A DNA stretch of 64,000 nt from Felis catus (GCF_018350175.1 NC_058368.1:17238001-17302000), one strand, 5' to 3'; positions 11,542 to 25,545 are shown, counted from the stretch's first letter. Translations and numbers: made by a program. The notes: generated by a model not told the origin, from the sequence alone.

Positions 11542-13440
11542 GCAGCAAGGTATGCTGCCAAACCAGGGGCCAGACCTCGGTGAGTTTAAGCTGAAGAAGG
11601 CTCTTCCATTCTGTTTTGTTTGCCACACCTGCCCTCTGAGCAGACTGTGGTTTATACTGTGGTACAAACAGGTAGTTCGTGCAGCATTTTGGCACCTTCG
11701 AGAGAGATGTGCTTTCTCAAGTCTTTGTCTTCGGACTACTGTTTTCACCTACCATTCACATAGAGCCTTCAAGTTTATATTACTTTGATTAATTTGCTTG
11801 AGAGCATTGTTCTAATCCTGTCATAGTTCTTGGGAACTTTGGAACTGGAATAAAGAGATGTATTTATATTTACTTTGTAGGTTTCTAATTCTTCTATTTT
11901 ATGCCTTAGGCAAACACCAGAGACCTAAGAGGTAAGCGAGCACCTGTCTAGAGTTCTAACAGTTCTATGTACAAAGTGTGTCACGTGATACAGGCCCAAA
12001 AAGAAAGCACGCTTCATGATGTGTAAGACAACCTGTCCGTCACTGGAATATATGTTCACTTTGTTACGAACCTGAAGATATGTTAACAAGATTAATAGGA
12101 GAATAGAAGGAGGAAGTTACTTCCTTATTTCAGATCTTCTCTGCGTCCCCTTTCAACCACAGTAACGAACACCCGTTGCCTCAAGCATCTACATTCTTGA
12201 GGCTAAAGCGTTTTTCTAACCTAAATCCTCTTTGTGTATGGACACAATGTACGACAGGAAGGGCAGGTGCCCTGTGCAGTTACTCAGTGACTGACGGGAG
12301 AAGCCCGTTCAGTCTGCTGGCTTGGGACTTAGGGCTCTGTTCTCTAGAACGTGCGACCTTCACTACAAAGGGCTTTGGGTTGCTTTCATGGAAATCTCAC
12401 CGTGTCAGGATGGAAACGAGATCTACCCTCTGTGGGCTCTGTGAGCAGAGATGAGGTTTATCCTCGGGGCATCCCAGGGGGGGTGTTCTTTTCCTGCAAT
12501 AGTGTTGTGCTCTGAGACAACAGATGCTTTAATAAACGGATGTCGCGAAGTGTAGTTAGTGTTAAAGTGAACTGCTCCTCTGTTTTAGATTCTGGCAAAT
12601 GGCCCTGCACTCCAACCTCCTGATTCTTGGCTGCAAGCCTGAATATATTCTAGGGCCTGCAGGGACAGGAAAACCTCAGAGTGCCCAGTGTCATGCCAGA
12701 CCGGCAGGAAACTTTTGTGTGAAGGCTTTCTGAGGACAGAGATGCCATGCAATCTTAGACTGGTTTCTTTTCATGGAAAGTGGAAAGTGAAGAGGGTAAA
12801 AGGAATATATTACAGGATAGAAAATGTTACTTCCAATCACTCCTCTGACCTGAAAAACTAATCTGATTTTAAAGATTTTTTAAAAAGGCATTTTCGTGTG
12901 ACGACAGGCAGACGATGTGGTTTAAATTCTATGGACCAAGTCCAACAGCTCAAAAAATATTGGAATATTATTTCTTAAATATCGAACCCTAAATTATGTG
13001 ATTTCTTTATAGGCTCTTGCCCTATCTCTCACTGATGTGGACTCACCCTGATTATTCCTTAGAGATGAACTCACCATGAGTACTCTTTATGGTCATTTGT
13101 AAATATAATCAGTTTATTATAAAAAGTGAAGGTACTCTTTTAAGATTACCTTTCTAAGAGAAACGATCACATTCCAATAAGAACTCAAATACTGACTAGG
13201 GAAACTATTGGTAGTTAATCACAGAGCACTCATTTGAACAACTTGAGACTGCGGTTTGGTTCATGGCAGTTATTTCTAGAGACTAGATGGGTGAATAAAA
13301 ATGGAAAGGCTCCCATCATAGAGTTACGGTGGCTGCTCTCTTAGTAGACAAATAAAAGCAGTATCTGGAGTGAGGACAACACAAACTTCGTATTTGTTTT
13401 TGTTTTCTGTAGTCATGAAAGGATAAGCTAAACTATATAT

Positions 13441-13610
13441 TTTTTAATGTTTATTTATTTTGAGAGAGAAGGAGAGAAAAAGCACAGGCAGGGGAGGGGC
13501 AGAGAGAGAGAGAGAGAGAGTGAGTGTCAGTGCGGAGCCCGACGTGGGGCTCGAACCCACGAACCACGAGATCATGACCTGAGCTGAAATCAAGAGTGGG
13601 ATGCTTAACT
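13441..13610 (-). mobile_element. SINEC, 5'-truncated
   Basis: T-rich tail, (GA)n and GGGCTCGAAC...GAGATCATGACCTGAGC; the GGGGCGCC head is missing. Confidence 0.9.
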
Positions 13611-14830
13611 ATATTTTGATGGATTTTCAATGCACTGGGTTGAGTCAAGTGAGCAAAGGTGGGTAAAGAAGGTCATTCCCAGACCGATTCACGTAATGGT
13701 CCTTAGGAGATGAAAATCCATTTGTTTCTAAAGTTTATTCACTTTATTCTCAGGAAGAGTTAACAAGGCAGAATTAGACCAATTAGAGAAATTAATTATT
13801 TCAATTTGCCAGGGTGTCCCTGCTCGCTCTATCCCAGGTTTAAATCACTTGTGTCAAGGACCTGGACTTTTTTCTCTATGAGTAGTACCCAGTGATCTCT
13901 TGTGGGAGATAAGTTGTAGATCACTTTCAGAAATTTCCCCCAAAGAGTTCGAGCCAGGGTATGGTTGCCAGGCAAGTCAATGAACTTAGAATCAAAACGA
14001 AAACACAAAACGTGGAATGCTTGTGTAGATAAACTGAAATACATCTGATGCATGAGTAGTGGTTAGAAGAAAATCCAGTTCATTGTTAGATGTTTACTGA
14101 AAGAAGGTAACATTTTGGCAACTAGGTTTTGATCTAGCTAATACCACCGTGCCTTAAGAAGCCACTGTTTATATATTTATGATGTTTGTGATAGTTTTAG
14201 AGGTTCCTATAGAATAACAGCACTATGATCAAAGTCTTTACTTATTTGAGATTTTTTTAAAGTCCCTTTTTTGAGCTATGAATTATTAACTGAGTTATAA
14301 CAAAAATGAAAAGAATTTTGGTTTGTTCCAACTAATCAATATTGCATGCCCTAACTTGGAGGGAAAATTTGACACCTTTGTGTCATGTAATTGCATTCAT
14401 GTTCACCTTACTTAAGGGAAAAAAAGGTTTTAAAAAATCAGTTTTGAAGTGGTGATTTATTTCAGTGCAACTGTTTCGTAAATACCGTATTTTTGCAAGA
14501 AAACGTCAATACAAAACGTGGATATACTAATGAGTTTTTCCTTTTCTCATAGTAGAGCCTTTAGATTTTCTTATAAAATTAAAGAAGGAATGGGGAAGTT
14601 TGGAAAAAGGTCTTCCCCACATGACCAGAGGACTTTGTTCTAATGCTAAGGATGTGTGGTCAGAGTAGAGTTCACCTTATTTCTTCCTGATGAGTTAAAG
14701 GTTGAAAGGGTTCAGAGTTGTGGGAGTAGACAAGGAAAGAGCCTGTGGGGGCTTCACTCCTTACCTTTGTAGAAACATCATACATGCGTAGGTAGAGGTC
14801 CAAGCGTGGTCCACCAGACCTCTGGGCTCT

Positions 14831-15054
14831 TTCGTTTGATTATTTATGTTTATTTACTGATTATTTTGAGAGAGAAAGAGAGATCATGAGCAGGGGAGGG
14901 GCAGAGAGAGAGAGGGAGAGAGAGAGAATCCCAAGCAGGCTCAGCACTGTCAGCACAGAGCCTGACGTGGGGCTCGAGCCCACAAACCATGAGATCATGA
15001 CCTGAGCTGAAACCAAGAGTGGGATGCTTGACTTACTGAGGCACCCAGGTGCCC
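14831..15054 (-). mobile_element. SINEC
   Basis: Full antisense SINE ending CACCCAGGTGCCC; TSD tgggctct. Confidence 0.93.
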
Positions 15055-16529
15055 TTGGGCTCTCAGATTTTAAATTAAGAAACATTTGAGCCATTGCTGA
15101 ATATTAGACTCCGAGCAAAGGACTGTGGGAAGTTAAGATGAAAACAACAACAACAACAACAACAACAATCCCACAAGTTTTCAGTCTTCTAGGAAAGATA
15201 GCCATGCAGGAAGATACAAATGACACTAGGCAGAAATTGGGAAAGTTACAGCGGAGTTCAAAATGAAACGCTAAGGGAGAATAAAACAACTTGAATTTGC
15301 TTCACCTTCTAGTACCTCTTTTATAAGAAGTTACCATTAACTATTAAATCAGATTTTCCCCTCAGATGCCTGATTGTAAGTGAGTCACCCTTCAAATCTG
15401 TGTGAGCCAAGGGGGAGTGTCCTTTTCACGTCTGTCAAGTGGAGTCCTAAAAATTCATGGAGTAATTTGTTGATCCCAACACCTGGCATCACTCGAGTTT
15501 ATTCTTTCATAAAGTAATTTTCTCATATACAATGCTTGTGGACTTCATAGCACGAACTCAGTAGACCTCTCCGAAGATGGAAAACCCGCAGAGCGCACAC
15601 GAGACAAATACATATTACATACCATTCATTGTTGAAGCCACTTTTAGCTGCGATCTTGATTTTATGTAGCTTTGGCAATAACTACTTACTGCCCGGCCCA
15701 GATCAAATAACAATAGTGTTGCAAGCATCACAGAACAGGATGATATTTGGTTCATTATGTTGTCTGTGTGGCATCATGAAGGAGAGTAACTCGTAAAATG
15801 GGGAAATCAATTTTTGAAATTGTACCTTAGTCAATACGGAAAACAAAGTATGCCAGTGAATTTGAAAGCTGGGACAGGAAGCAACCAACCTACAGAGCGT
15901 TCCTGAGGCAGAGTAACTTTTCACTCTGAATAAAAGTTTCAGCTCTCATTAGATGCTTTCTGTTCTCATTTCTCTCTGGGGTCATGACACATTTCAATCT
16001 TGGGAGATTTAAAACGGCCTTGATTCTTTTTCTTTCAAGCTCTGGGGAACTTAAAAACAGCGTGTTGTATACCGCCAGAGGTAAGAAAAGTTAGCCAGAG
16101 GGGGGCAGGGAAGTTCTTTCTTCTTAGGGCCAGCGCTACAGGGAGGGAAAGAGTGTGATTTCAGGAGTGCCAGGAAATCTGCCATGCCTCAAAATATCTT
16201 CCTTTCCACCTGTCATGAAGTCTGACATTCCGTATTTAGAGAGTCACTTCTTTGGTGCATGAACATGCAAATACCATTGGGTGGGGCAACACCTTGCTAT
16301 TATTATAACCTAACTCTTGAACTCTATCTGGATAAGGGATCAGATTTCCATGGGACAGCTGAAATCAAGGGGCTTAGAGATAGGAGAAATAAGATAGCAC
16401 TGCCTCCCTTAGGAGAAGGAAATCTAAATATGGTTACAGAAGAGTAATAGCCAGTAGGATTTACCATGAGTAATGAGTCACCAATCTTGCCCTAGTAATG
16501 AATCATCTTGTTCTTTGGTTATTTTCTAG

Positions 16530-16619
16530 CTGACATCGAAGACATGAAAATATGCTACGTTTTAAAAGATGGGGCCAATGCCACAAGTGATATGTTCCAT
16601 TTTACAGTTGAAGATGGTG
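16530..16619 (+). CDS. FREM2: FREM2 exon 2 (90 nt, phase 1 to phase 1)
   Basis: Acceptor ttctttggttattttctAG|CTGAC and donor GATGGTG|GTAAGT. Spliced to exon 1 it reads (FTQ)[30 protein letters not shown](G), which continues the FTQ.DI....I.Y....D.F.F.V.DG CSPG-repeat pattern in frame. Confidence 0.95.
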
Positions 16620-17550
16620 GTAAGTGTTCACTCTCCTGTTAGTATAAACAAGGAGAGTGACTTTTATTGGTTGTTCTTTGATGATTTCATTACAAGGAAT
16701 CTGCCTCGAGTATCATTTTATGCTCACCTGAATTTATACCGGGTGCATTTGTTATTTGCCGATAGAAAATCTTACATTCTCAATCTGCCACAGTACTACT
16801 CTGCAATGAGTAGAGATGAATGTTCCAGTTATATTATTCTTGCCTTGGGATTAGCAAAACACTAAAAAAGAAAGATCTATGTACATAGGATCCCCATGTC
16901 CAGTTGTTCAGAATATGCCGTGCATGAAGCTGCCGACTTGAGGTGACAAGAGGATGCTGGAATCCAGCCCAGCAACACTGCCAAGCCATGTGCCTACCCG
17001 GGGGGGTGTCTGCCCAAAGCGGGTGCCCTTTGCTAGTTTGCACATGGGTGCTGTGTGGACTTATGATGATGGATAATTGCATTCACCAGGAACACAGTGC
17101 TACGTAAAGGTGTGTTTTACCTTACCAATCTCAGTATGTCTAGTGATGTCCTCAGTTCGGGGGATTTTGTGACTTAGTCTAGCTAAAATTTTTTTCTCGG
17201 TGAAGTCTGAAGAATACTCCAGAGGATAGGCTATGACTTGTGGTCCGAGTCTCCTCCACAAGGTCACCGTCACTACTCCCCCCAAAGCCCCCGCCGCTGC
17301 TCACTCTCTTTTCTGTTCTCTTCCCGATCCCACAGGCTGGGAGAAAAACTGGCCACTTCTAGATTAATCATAAAGATGTTCTGTTCTCTCATGCTCTCAG
17401 GAGAAGCGAAAGAACCTCAGGAAGTACATGTGTTGTGTGAACAGGACACAGGAAGTGGGGGTGGGAGTATGTGTGTAAGAGACGAAGGAAGGAAAAAGAA
17501 AGGATTTGGATCCAGTCATCTATTTTCTAATGATACTTTTTAAAAAACCC

Positions 17551-17755
17551 TTTTTTTTAAAATGTTTATTCATTTTTGAGAGACAGAGTGTGACTGGGGG
17601 AGGGGCAGAGAGAGAGGGAGACACAGAATCCGAAGCAGGCTCCAGGCTCCGAGCCGTCAGCCCAGAGCCCGACGCGGGGCTCGAACTCACGGACCGTGAG
17701 ATCGTGACCTGAGCCGAAGTCGGACGCTTAGCCAACTGAGCCACCCAGGCACCCC
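17551..17755 (-). mobile_element. SINEC_Fc-type SINE
   Basis: GAATCCGAAGCAGGCTCCAGGCTC...GCCACCCAGGCACCCC; TSD taatgat..tttttaaa. Confidence 0.95.
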
Positions 17756-18349
17756 TAATGATGTTTTTTTTAAAGTAATATAATTATGTCATCTATCTCA
17801 AAAAGATGACATGTTTACCCTCCATATTTTTTGAAGCGTTAAATGGCCATTTGTTTAAAATATCATTGGGCGTAACGTGATCACAGCCTTGAAAAATGAC
17901 ATCTGTCGGATACATGCCAGAGAGGCAAAAAAGTGTGTTAATTTGGGTTCAACTATGTGATTTTCCCTATAGTCCAGATGTTTAATAAATTTGATGCCTT
18001 TGTTTTTATAGTAACCAAATCATAGTTTAATATTCTTTGTATTGACAAAGGAAATCTTAGTATGAAACCAATTCTAAGAAGGACGCCAATTTATAAAAAA
18101 TAATGTGTTTATTGAATCTTGATGCTCAAATGGGAAATCCTACTGTCAGTAAACTTTGAGTGGAACTCAGAAGTAAATCTGTGTAGTAGATCAAAATTTA
18201 AAGACTAAATGATTGGTTCAAGGCCCCGTGTTTGTCACTTGGAATGACTGAAAATACCTCAATAGCAAAAGTATGATTTTCTTTAAAATTGCCAAAAATG
18301 GCTTGAAAGCAAATGGTTACAATTCTCAGATATTATAGTTTTTACTTTA

Positions 18350-18570
18350 AAATAAAAATCATTTATTTGTTTTTGAGAAAGAGCACGTGCATGCTGGGGA
18401 GGGGCAGACAGAGGGGGAGGGGCAGAGAGAGGGCGACGGCGAATCCCAAGCAGGTTCCGCACAGCTAGCACAGAGCCCAGTGCCGGGCCCGAACTCATGA
18501 ACTGTGAGATCGTGACCTGAGCCAAAATCAGGAGTTGGACGCTTAACTGACTGAGCCACCCACGTGCCCC
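18350..18570 (-). mobile_element. SINEC
   Basis: Antisense SINE ending GCCACCCACGTGCCCC; degenerate TSD tag(t/c)tttt(a/g)cttt. Confidence 0.92.
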
Positions 18571-20399
18571 TAGCTTTTGCTTTTTTAATATTTTGCTTTT
18601 TTCCCTCAGTTATTATAGTCTCGGTCTGATACGCCTGCTCTATTATTTGGCACATTTCTCTCCCTAGTTAATGGAATGGTAACATTTACTTTAAAATTTT
18701 GATTTGTATTTAAACTTTAGAAAACATTATGCTGTATCATATTTCAAGATAGTAAGCGAGGAATGGCTAGCTGAAGAAACTGAGTTTATTTTTGGATTTG
18801 CTGAAAATGTGGCTGTGCGTCTAAGGATTGTGTTTATGGAAATAGAAAATAAATCATTTCGGGGGCTTTTTTAGAGCCGGAGTTTCATGTGAGAGAGAAA
18901 AATTCCAGAGATATTGTTCTTGACCCTTCTTCTCACCGTTGACATGGCGTTACTTATGGGGCTTAGGCAGATTCTGGCAAACTATCTACGGAACAGAATT
19001 TATCTTAATTCACCTGATATAAGAAAACTTCCCTCTAGCAGAATAAACACAGAAAACCTCAGGATTAAAGAAAAAATAAAAATTCATATATATATTTCAA
19101 AATTATTTTAATATGATACTTATTTTTGTAGGGGTTTTGCACTGTCTTGTAAAATACTCTAATATTTGAATGAGAAGTTCAATACTGTTTAACTTAAAGA
19201 GTATCTTGAATGAAATTACTTCTCTGGGAAGTGTGAGGTATTTTGCCAAAGAGAAATAAAAAAAATATTTGCAGTATTTGTGGAAAGAGAGAAAATAAAG
19301 ATATCTCTCCTTTCTGTAAAAATAATATTAAACTAAGAATTTTGATTTTTTTGACTCAGTTACATGTAATATAACAGTATATTATACAGTATATTATATG
19401 TTATACGCTATATTATTGACTGTCTTACCAAGTTAATATCTTGGTAAGACAGTCAATAATTTTAATTAAAATATACTCCAAAAAAAATCTATGTTTATAG
19501 ACTGTAATATGAACCTTTATTTTCAAAATCTTCAAGTTTAACATATACGTTTCATGTAATACAATACATGTGTATGAAGACACATATATAATATGTTTTG
19601 ACACTTTTCAAAGATATGTATTCCTCGGGAATTATGGAAAGTACTTGAATCTTATGAACAAGCACTATTCTTGTTGTTTAGTTGGAGTGATCTGGGTCTC
19701 GGAAAAGATAGGTAACTTCTCCAAATGCATCCATCTGTCCAGGAAGTAACAGACCTCTCTCAAGAGTAACTTATTCTTCCCATCTAGGTGATGACATACG
19801 TTTTGGACTAGTGGGTTTGACTATCAACTTCAGCTGTAGTGATGTATTATCACCTCTTTTATACAACGATGGGAAGCATAACGATAAAGCTTCTCCACGA
19901 AATACACAAAATGCCTCCAGTATTTCACATCTGGGAGGCCATAAAATTAAGAAATGTCTACTCCAATTCTCTTTTCAGTCCACTAAATTCACCTCCTCCA
20001 AGTCCTCAAAGATTGCTTTTTAGGACAGTGACTAAGGAAATTACTGGAGCAAACATAGTCCTTGAATAACCAAAAAATAAATAAAATATAACTTTTGCTT
20101 TCAGGAGTCAAGAAGAGATTTAGGAAAGCAGAAAGCTAAAAGCCCTTGTTTCCGATTTAATTATATTATCATAAGACACTGACTAGCCACAGAAATCTTG
20201 TTATGATGTAAGAATGGATTAGGACCACCCATCACTAATGGGATGGTGCTTAGGACACAGTTACTAATTTTTAGTTTGGGGCTGTTACCAAATGACAGGG
20301 CTGAGAGGACTTTATTTGAAGAATAGATAATTTCAGGATTTTACCTCAGGGAGTTCTACTGCGTTTGGATTTAATAAATGAATGTTGGTTGTGCATGTA

Positions 20400-20401
<2 letters not shown>

Positions 20402-20444
<43 letters not shown>
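20402..20444. repeat. (CA)n microsatellite
   Basis: Direct reading. Confidence 0.95.
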
Positions 20445-20446
<2 letters not shown>

Positions 20447-22560
20447 TTCTTATATTTTAGGATTCTTTCAATCAGATCTTAAACCTTATATATGACTTAT
20501 TATGGTTTATGCAATTTTGTCTTCATAGCATTCCTGTCAGCTTCGTAAAAACAAACAAAAACATTACTATTCTTTTTTGGCGGATGAGGAAACTGAGTCA
20601 CAGAAATAGGCACTTTCCTCAAGTGTCATAACCAGGCAACTAGAGGCCAATTTGAATCCCAGGATCCTTTCTGCAAGCAGTAACTTCTATACTTACTCAG
20701 GATAAGTGAGGAGGGGTGTTCACTCAATGTTTTCCGGGTTTTCCTGACCAGGGTTTTAGGAATGCTTAGTAGATGAGAATGAAATCAGAGTAGGATGTGT
20801 CCACAGACAAAAAGTTTTGTCTCTTACGAAATGTGAATTTTTATTTTAGAATTCTTAATGGCTCTGTGTACTCAAACTTACAGTATTCTTTTTTGATATC
20901 ATACTGTAATTCTTTTTAAAAATACATGTAAAAATATATAGCCTTTCTAGAGTTCAAATAAGCACAAATCAAATCAACCTTACAGTTGATTTTTTACTTA
21001 TTTTATCTAATTTTACTTATTTATCTACTATTTTTTTACTTATTTTATCAATTAAATTGTGAAGAAATTTTAAAAATACCAAATATGTGAGTTATGATGA
21101 AACAGGTATATTTCTGTAATGTTTGTGAAGCTACAAAGTGAGAAAACACTTTGGAAAAACCTGTGAATATGTAGTTAGAGCCATACAGGGTGCAGCATTC
21201 CACTGAAGACACAGCTCGACCGAAGCAAAAACCTTACAGGCATACTAATGTCACCGTGTACTCAAATAGCAGAAATTATTCTCCATGACCAATAAACATA
21301 AAGAGCTTTTCAGTAATGGCAGTCCTTAAAATTTAATGCAGTCCTTAAAATTTTAAGTGATAGAGTCCATCATAGTGTAATTCTTAAAATGATCATTTAG
21401 TAATTAAATATGTTTTTTGGAATATTAGTGAAGAATATGAGAATAGTACATCAAAAGGCCATCCATCCAGGTACTCTGGGGCCAGGGATATCCTATGTAG
21501 TTGCAGATTGTCACTTACAGTTTATAAGGTCAAACTCGGAAGTTATGAAATGTGCTCTCCTTACGGGCTGCAGCTAAGGTGCCATGTAACAATCACATGT
21601 GGGTTTAGCTAACCCGTCTTTCATTCCTTTCTGCTTCATCCTCTCTGTCACCCTGAGGGGAGCTCAATACAATAATACTACAGACCTGGAAAAGACATCG
21701 TCCTTTGATAATCGCCTCTTTGAAGTCTAATTGGAGAGCTAGTGCTCCAGCATTTTAGCAGAAGACGAAAGCAAGTATTCTTTTATCTTGTTCCTACTGG
21801 AACATCTTCTTATCTGATTTCATCCCAGCCTTCAACGGTCTGCAAGTATTCTAACATGCAAATGCATCTGTCCCTTTTTAGTCTTTTCTCCAAAGAACTT
21901 TTCTAGCTCTTCGTTGTGATGCGAAAGCTGGTCTCACTTGCTCCTCCAGGCACGTCCTGCCCTCAACCCTAATGACCTTCCCACACTTCAATACCTGGCT
22001 AAGTGGCATTTCATCTCCAGAACTGCTCCCAAGGTCATGATGACTAAGTTAGCCGTGCCCTTCTTTGTGCTTCTACTGTTACCCTTAGGTACAACAACAA
22101 TGGTGTATTCTGATGATTTGCTAATGTAAAGACCTCCATTGTAGCGAAGGAACTCCTTCAGATCAAAATTAATGTCATTAATTAATGTCATTAATGTTTG
22201 TAGCACAGTGCCTCCCCAGGGTTGAAAACAAGGGTTAGTATTTAACAGATATTAAAATGAATAAATAGATAAATGGGAAAAAGAAGCTCCCTTTTTACAT
22301 AAAGATCAATTACATCATATTCTAAGAAAACTCCCTCTAAACAATTACCAGTGGCCCTTGGCATTCCTTTAGAGCATCCCCCATCCTAGCATTAACTTAA
22401 ATCCCTGTGGCACCAAGAAAGATTTTTAGTAAAGCTTTCACAGTTTTAAACACATGAAACCAACTGCTGTGAAAATTCCTTTGGAACCTTCAGTGAAATA
22501 TACTTAAGACGGAGGAGATTCCCAGATTCCCAAGGAACCACCAGATTGGAGCTCATGTTC

Positions 22561-22794
22561 TTCTTCTTCTTTTTTTTTTTTAATGTTTATTTATTTTTGA
22601 GAGAGAGAGACAGAGACAGAGTGTGAGTGGGGGATGGGCAGAGAGAGAGAGAGAGGGAGACACAGAATCCGAAGCAGGCTCCAGGCCCTGAGCTGTCAGC
22701 ACAGAGCCCGAGATGGGGCTCGAATCCACAAACCGCGAGATCATGACCTGAGCCGAAGACTGATGCTCAACCTACTGAGCCGCCCAGACACCCC
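22561..22794 (-). mobile_element. SINEC_Fc-type SINE
   Basis: Full antisense SINE; TSD tggagctcat. Confidence 0.95.
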
Positions 22795-24624
22795 TGGAGC
22801 TCATTGCTATTCTTAAAGAATTCTTTTCAGAAAAAAAAAAGTTGCCAGTATATTATATAAACTATGGAATGCCTTTAAAATTTAAAGGGCAGTAGACATT
22901 TTCTATAAATCAGTATAATTTTAAAGTCAGCACCACTTAACTCAGGTATTTTTAGTTACCTCAATTTTTTGCCTCATGTGATAGACATTAGGCCAGGCAG
23001 AGAAGTAGAAAGCTCTAAGAGCATAAAGTATCCTCATTCCTCACTGAAATGTCATTACATAACTTTTTATTAGTTTCTTGTTTATATGTTTGTTTTAAGT
23101 CTCAAGCCCGCCGCAGCAGATCCAAGACGTTTCTCGATGGGCATAAGAAAGCAGTGGGATATGTGATCATCTGTCTGGCTTGACATACCCCGTAGGAGGA
23201 GCCCTAGTTTTTTCTCCATTGTGAAAATTGGTTTGCTGCTTCCTCACTTGAACTCGCATGTGACTTGGGAGCACAGTCTGAGAGAGTTCCGTCTCCTGGT
23301 TTGGCAGTAAAACTGGGGCGTCGGATATGATACCCGTGTTGGCCGTTGTAACGTATCTGGTCCAGAGCCAGACATTTGTTGCCTCCGTCTTTGAGTATGT
23401 CTTTTGGTGCCCGATTTTTCGTTCGCCAAGGTCTTTAATTCATACGCTATTGAAAGACATAAATAGCATCTTGACATAATAGAGCTGCAAAGTCATTTCT
23501 TTATATGAAGTGTCAGTTAAGGACACGGCTTTCAGATTTTTATTCCATATTTGATGACTGAAAACTCAGACACAAGGAGACTGGAGCTCGTCATTCTAGT
23601 TACAAGGACCACACGTTTTTGCTTGAAAGTGACCAGTAACTCAGGGTGTGAGGCAAAGTCATTACGGACACGTAGCTGGAATTTAAAGCAAAGGCTGGAA
23701 GAATACAACTAAGTGCAGTAAGTCGGAAAAGGAGGTTTGAGTACAAGCATTAAAAGATTATACAGACACATTCAGCTTAGAGAGAAAAGCAAGCATTCTT
23801 TGGCAATAAAATTAATCGCTAGTGACGTGAGAACCAGAGGAAAGACACTGGTGCCTTAGGGAGTTATAATAAGAAGATGAAGTAACGTCAGGCACCGAGA
23901 CAAATATTTCTAATCTGCGAGAGGGCATAAGATCTACTAGGATACAGGGCCTGGCAAGGGCTGTTGGCTACTATGACTCAAAGTTTGGAAGCCTTTCTCT
24001 TTTCGACGAGCAGTTTAGAATTGTTCAGATCATCAAGGTCTTTCTATACCAGAGGCCTGCCTTTAGAAGCATGGCTGTTAGGTACCTGTACTGTGTCCAT
24101 GAAAGAAGTCATACCTTTTCGATAGAAAAATATAAACTAAATGTTATCAGTTACTATTGGTTACGTTCATTTCAAAATTATACATCATGTGGGTATGCTG
24201 TTTTACTGGCTTTAATTTAAGGGCAACTTTTCTTAAATTGTTCAATCTTTTGGTGAATATGAATCCTTATTAGTCACGTTTCTAGAGGCTTAGCGTGATT
24301 CTGTATTTACTCTCAAAAGCGATGATAGTCACCTTTTAAAACTAAGAAAATCTTTCACAGGTTATTAAAAGGTCATAATCTCACATCAAATATTTATTTG
24401 TGGTATATATTACAGAGCTCAACTCTATCTTATTCTTTCTCTTTAAGTTTGCTCTGGGTGGCTGGGAAAAATAGAAGGTAGTATTCAATGGTGTAGTACA
24501 TCGTTGTCATTGGTATGGTCCTATATTCACTTGAGCCTACGACAATACAAAGAGAATCACAATGCAGTGTAAAAAAAAGGGTCAGAGCTTCTGTGGCAAA
24601 ACCTACTTGCGAAAAAGAGGTCCC

Positions 24625-25545
24625 CTGTTCATTTATTTATTGAATTAGGCAACAAGCATTTTTGGAGCACCCATGTTTCAGACGTCTGTGGGATCCAGGG
24701 AAAACAGGGATGAGCATCACTGTCGTGATCTTTGACCGAGGTTCCAATAGGCTCAGATGATAAAATAATAGACCAATAAAACTTTATACAGTGTTTACCA
24801 CATTAAGGAGGTTATCATTTAATCCAAGGTAGAGATGCAGCTGTCAGGAATGGCTTTTGAGAGGTGATATTTAGGCTTACATTTAGGATGGAATGAAGCT
24901 GCCACTGGAAAAAGGGAGGAAGAAATGTTCCAAGCATGGGGGGGGGGGGGGGGACGGAGCATGTGCGAAGGCACTGAGCTCTCTGTGCTCAAGTGACCGG
25001 AAGAATATCAACCTGCCTGGAGCTTAGCTAACAAACAGAGTGTCACGCAAGACGATGCTGGAGAGCTAGATTGGAGCCTGATGGTGCAGAGCCTTATAAC
25101 CCAGGACAGTGATTTAGATTTTGTTCTAAGGCCAAGGGAATCCCTACTGCCCCATCGTTTTAAAGCAAGGGAGTAACTTGTTGCAATTTACGTTTTGAGA
25201 AGATGACGCTTGCAGCCCTGGAGGATCCAGAGGAAACAGCAAGGGGACAACAGGGAGACCAATATGAGGCTGATGCAGTAAGACAGATGTGAGACAGAAA
25301 AAAGAGGACGGGCTTGATATAATTGTGGATCTCAGTCTATAGGACTTGTTGACAGATTGGATTATGGGAGAAAAGGGAGAACTTAAGCACAATTCTGGGC
25401 TTCTCTGCCAGAGGACAGCAGTGGCACTACTCGTTGAGATGGAAAAGACAAGGGGGCATAGAACAGATTTCAGGGAGGAAATTAGGAGGTCATTTTGGAC
25501 ATCATAATTATGAGATGCCTTACTTTGAAATGTGCATACAGGAAG
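24625..25545 (-). mobile_element. Old L2 LINE fragment
   Basis: ttcatttatttattgaa...caagcatttttggagcacc end motif plus purine-rich L2-like segments (gaggtgatatttagg, gattttgttctaagg, ttttaaagcaagggagtaac, ttttggacat). Heavily diverged; carries a G16 run at 24938-24953. Confidence 0.6.

Noticed and set aside
16569..16865. 98-aa ORF overlapping exon 2
   Set aside because: Wrong frame relative to the spliced FREM2 exon, and it runs into the intron.
13441..18570. SINE-driven circular RNA of exon 2
   Set aside because: The SINEs on both sides of exon 2 share one orientation, so they cannot pair across the exon.
20990..22198. Short AT-rich tandem duplications (~20990-21050, 21319-21355, 22169-22197)
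   Set aside because: Ordinary slippage products; no spacer structure, so not CRISPR-like.
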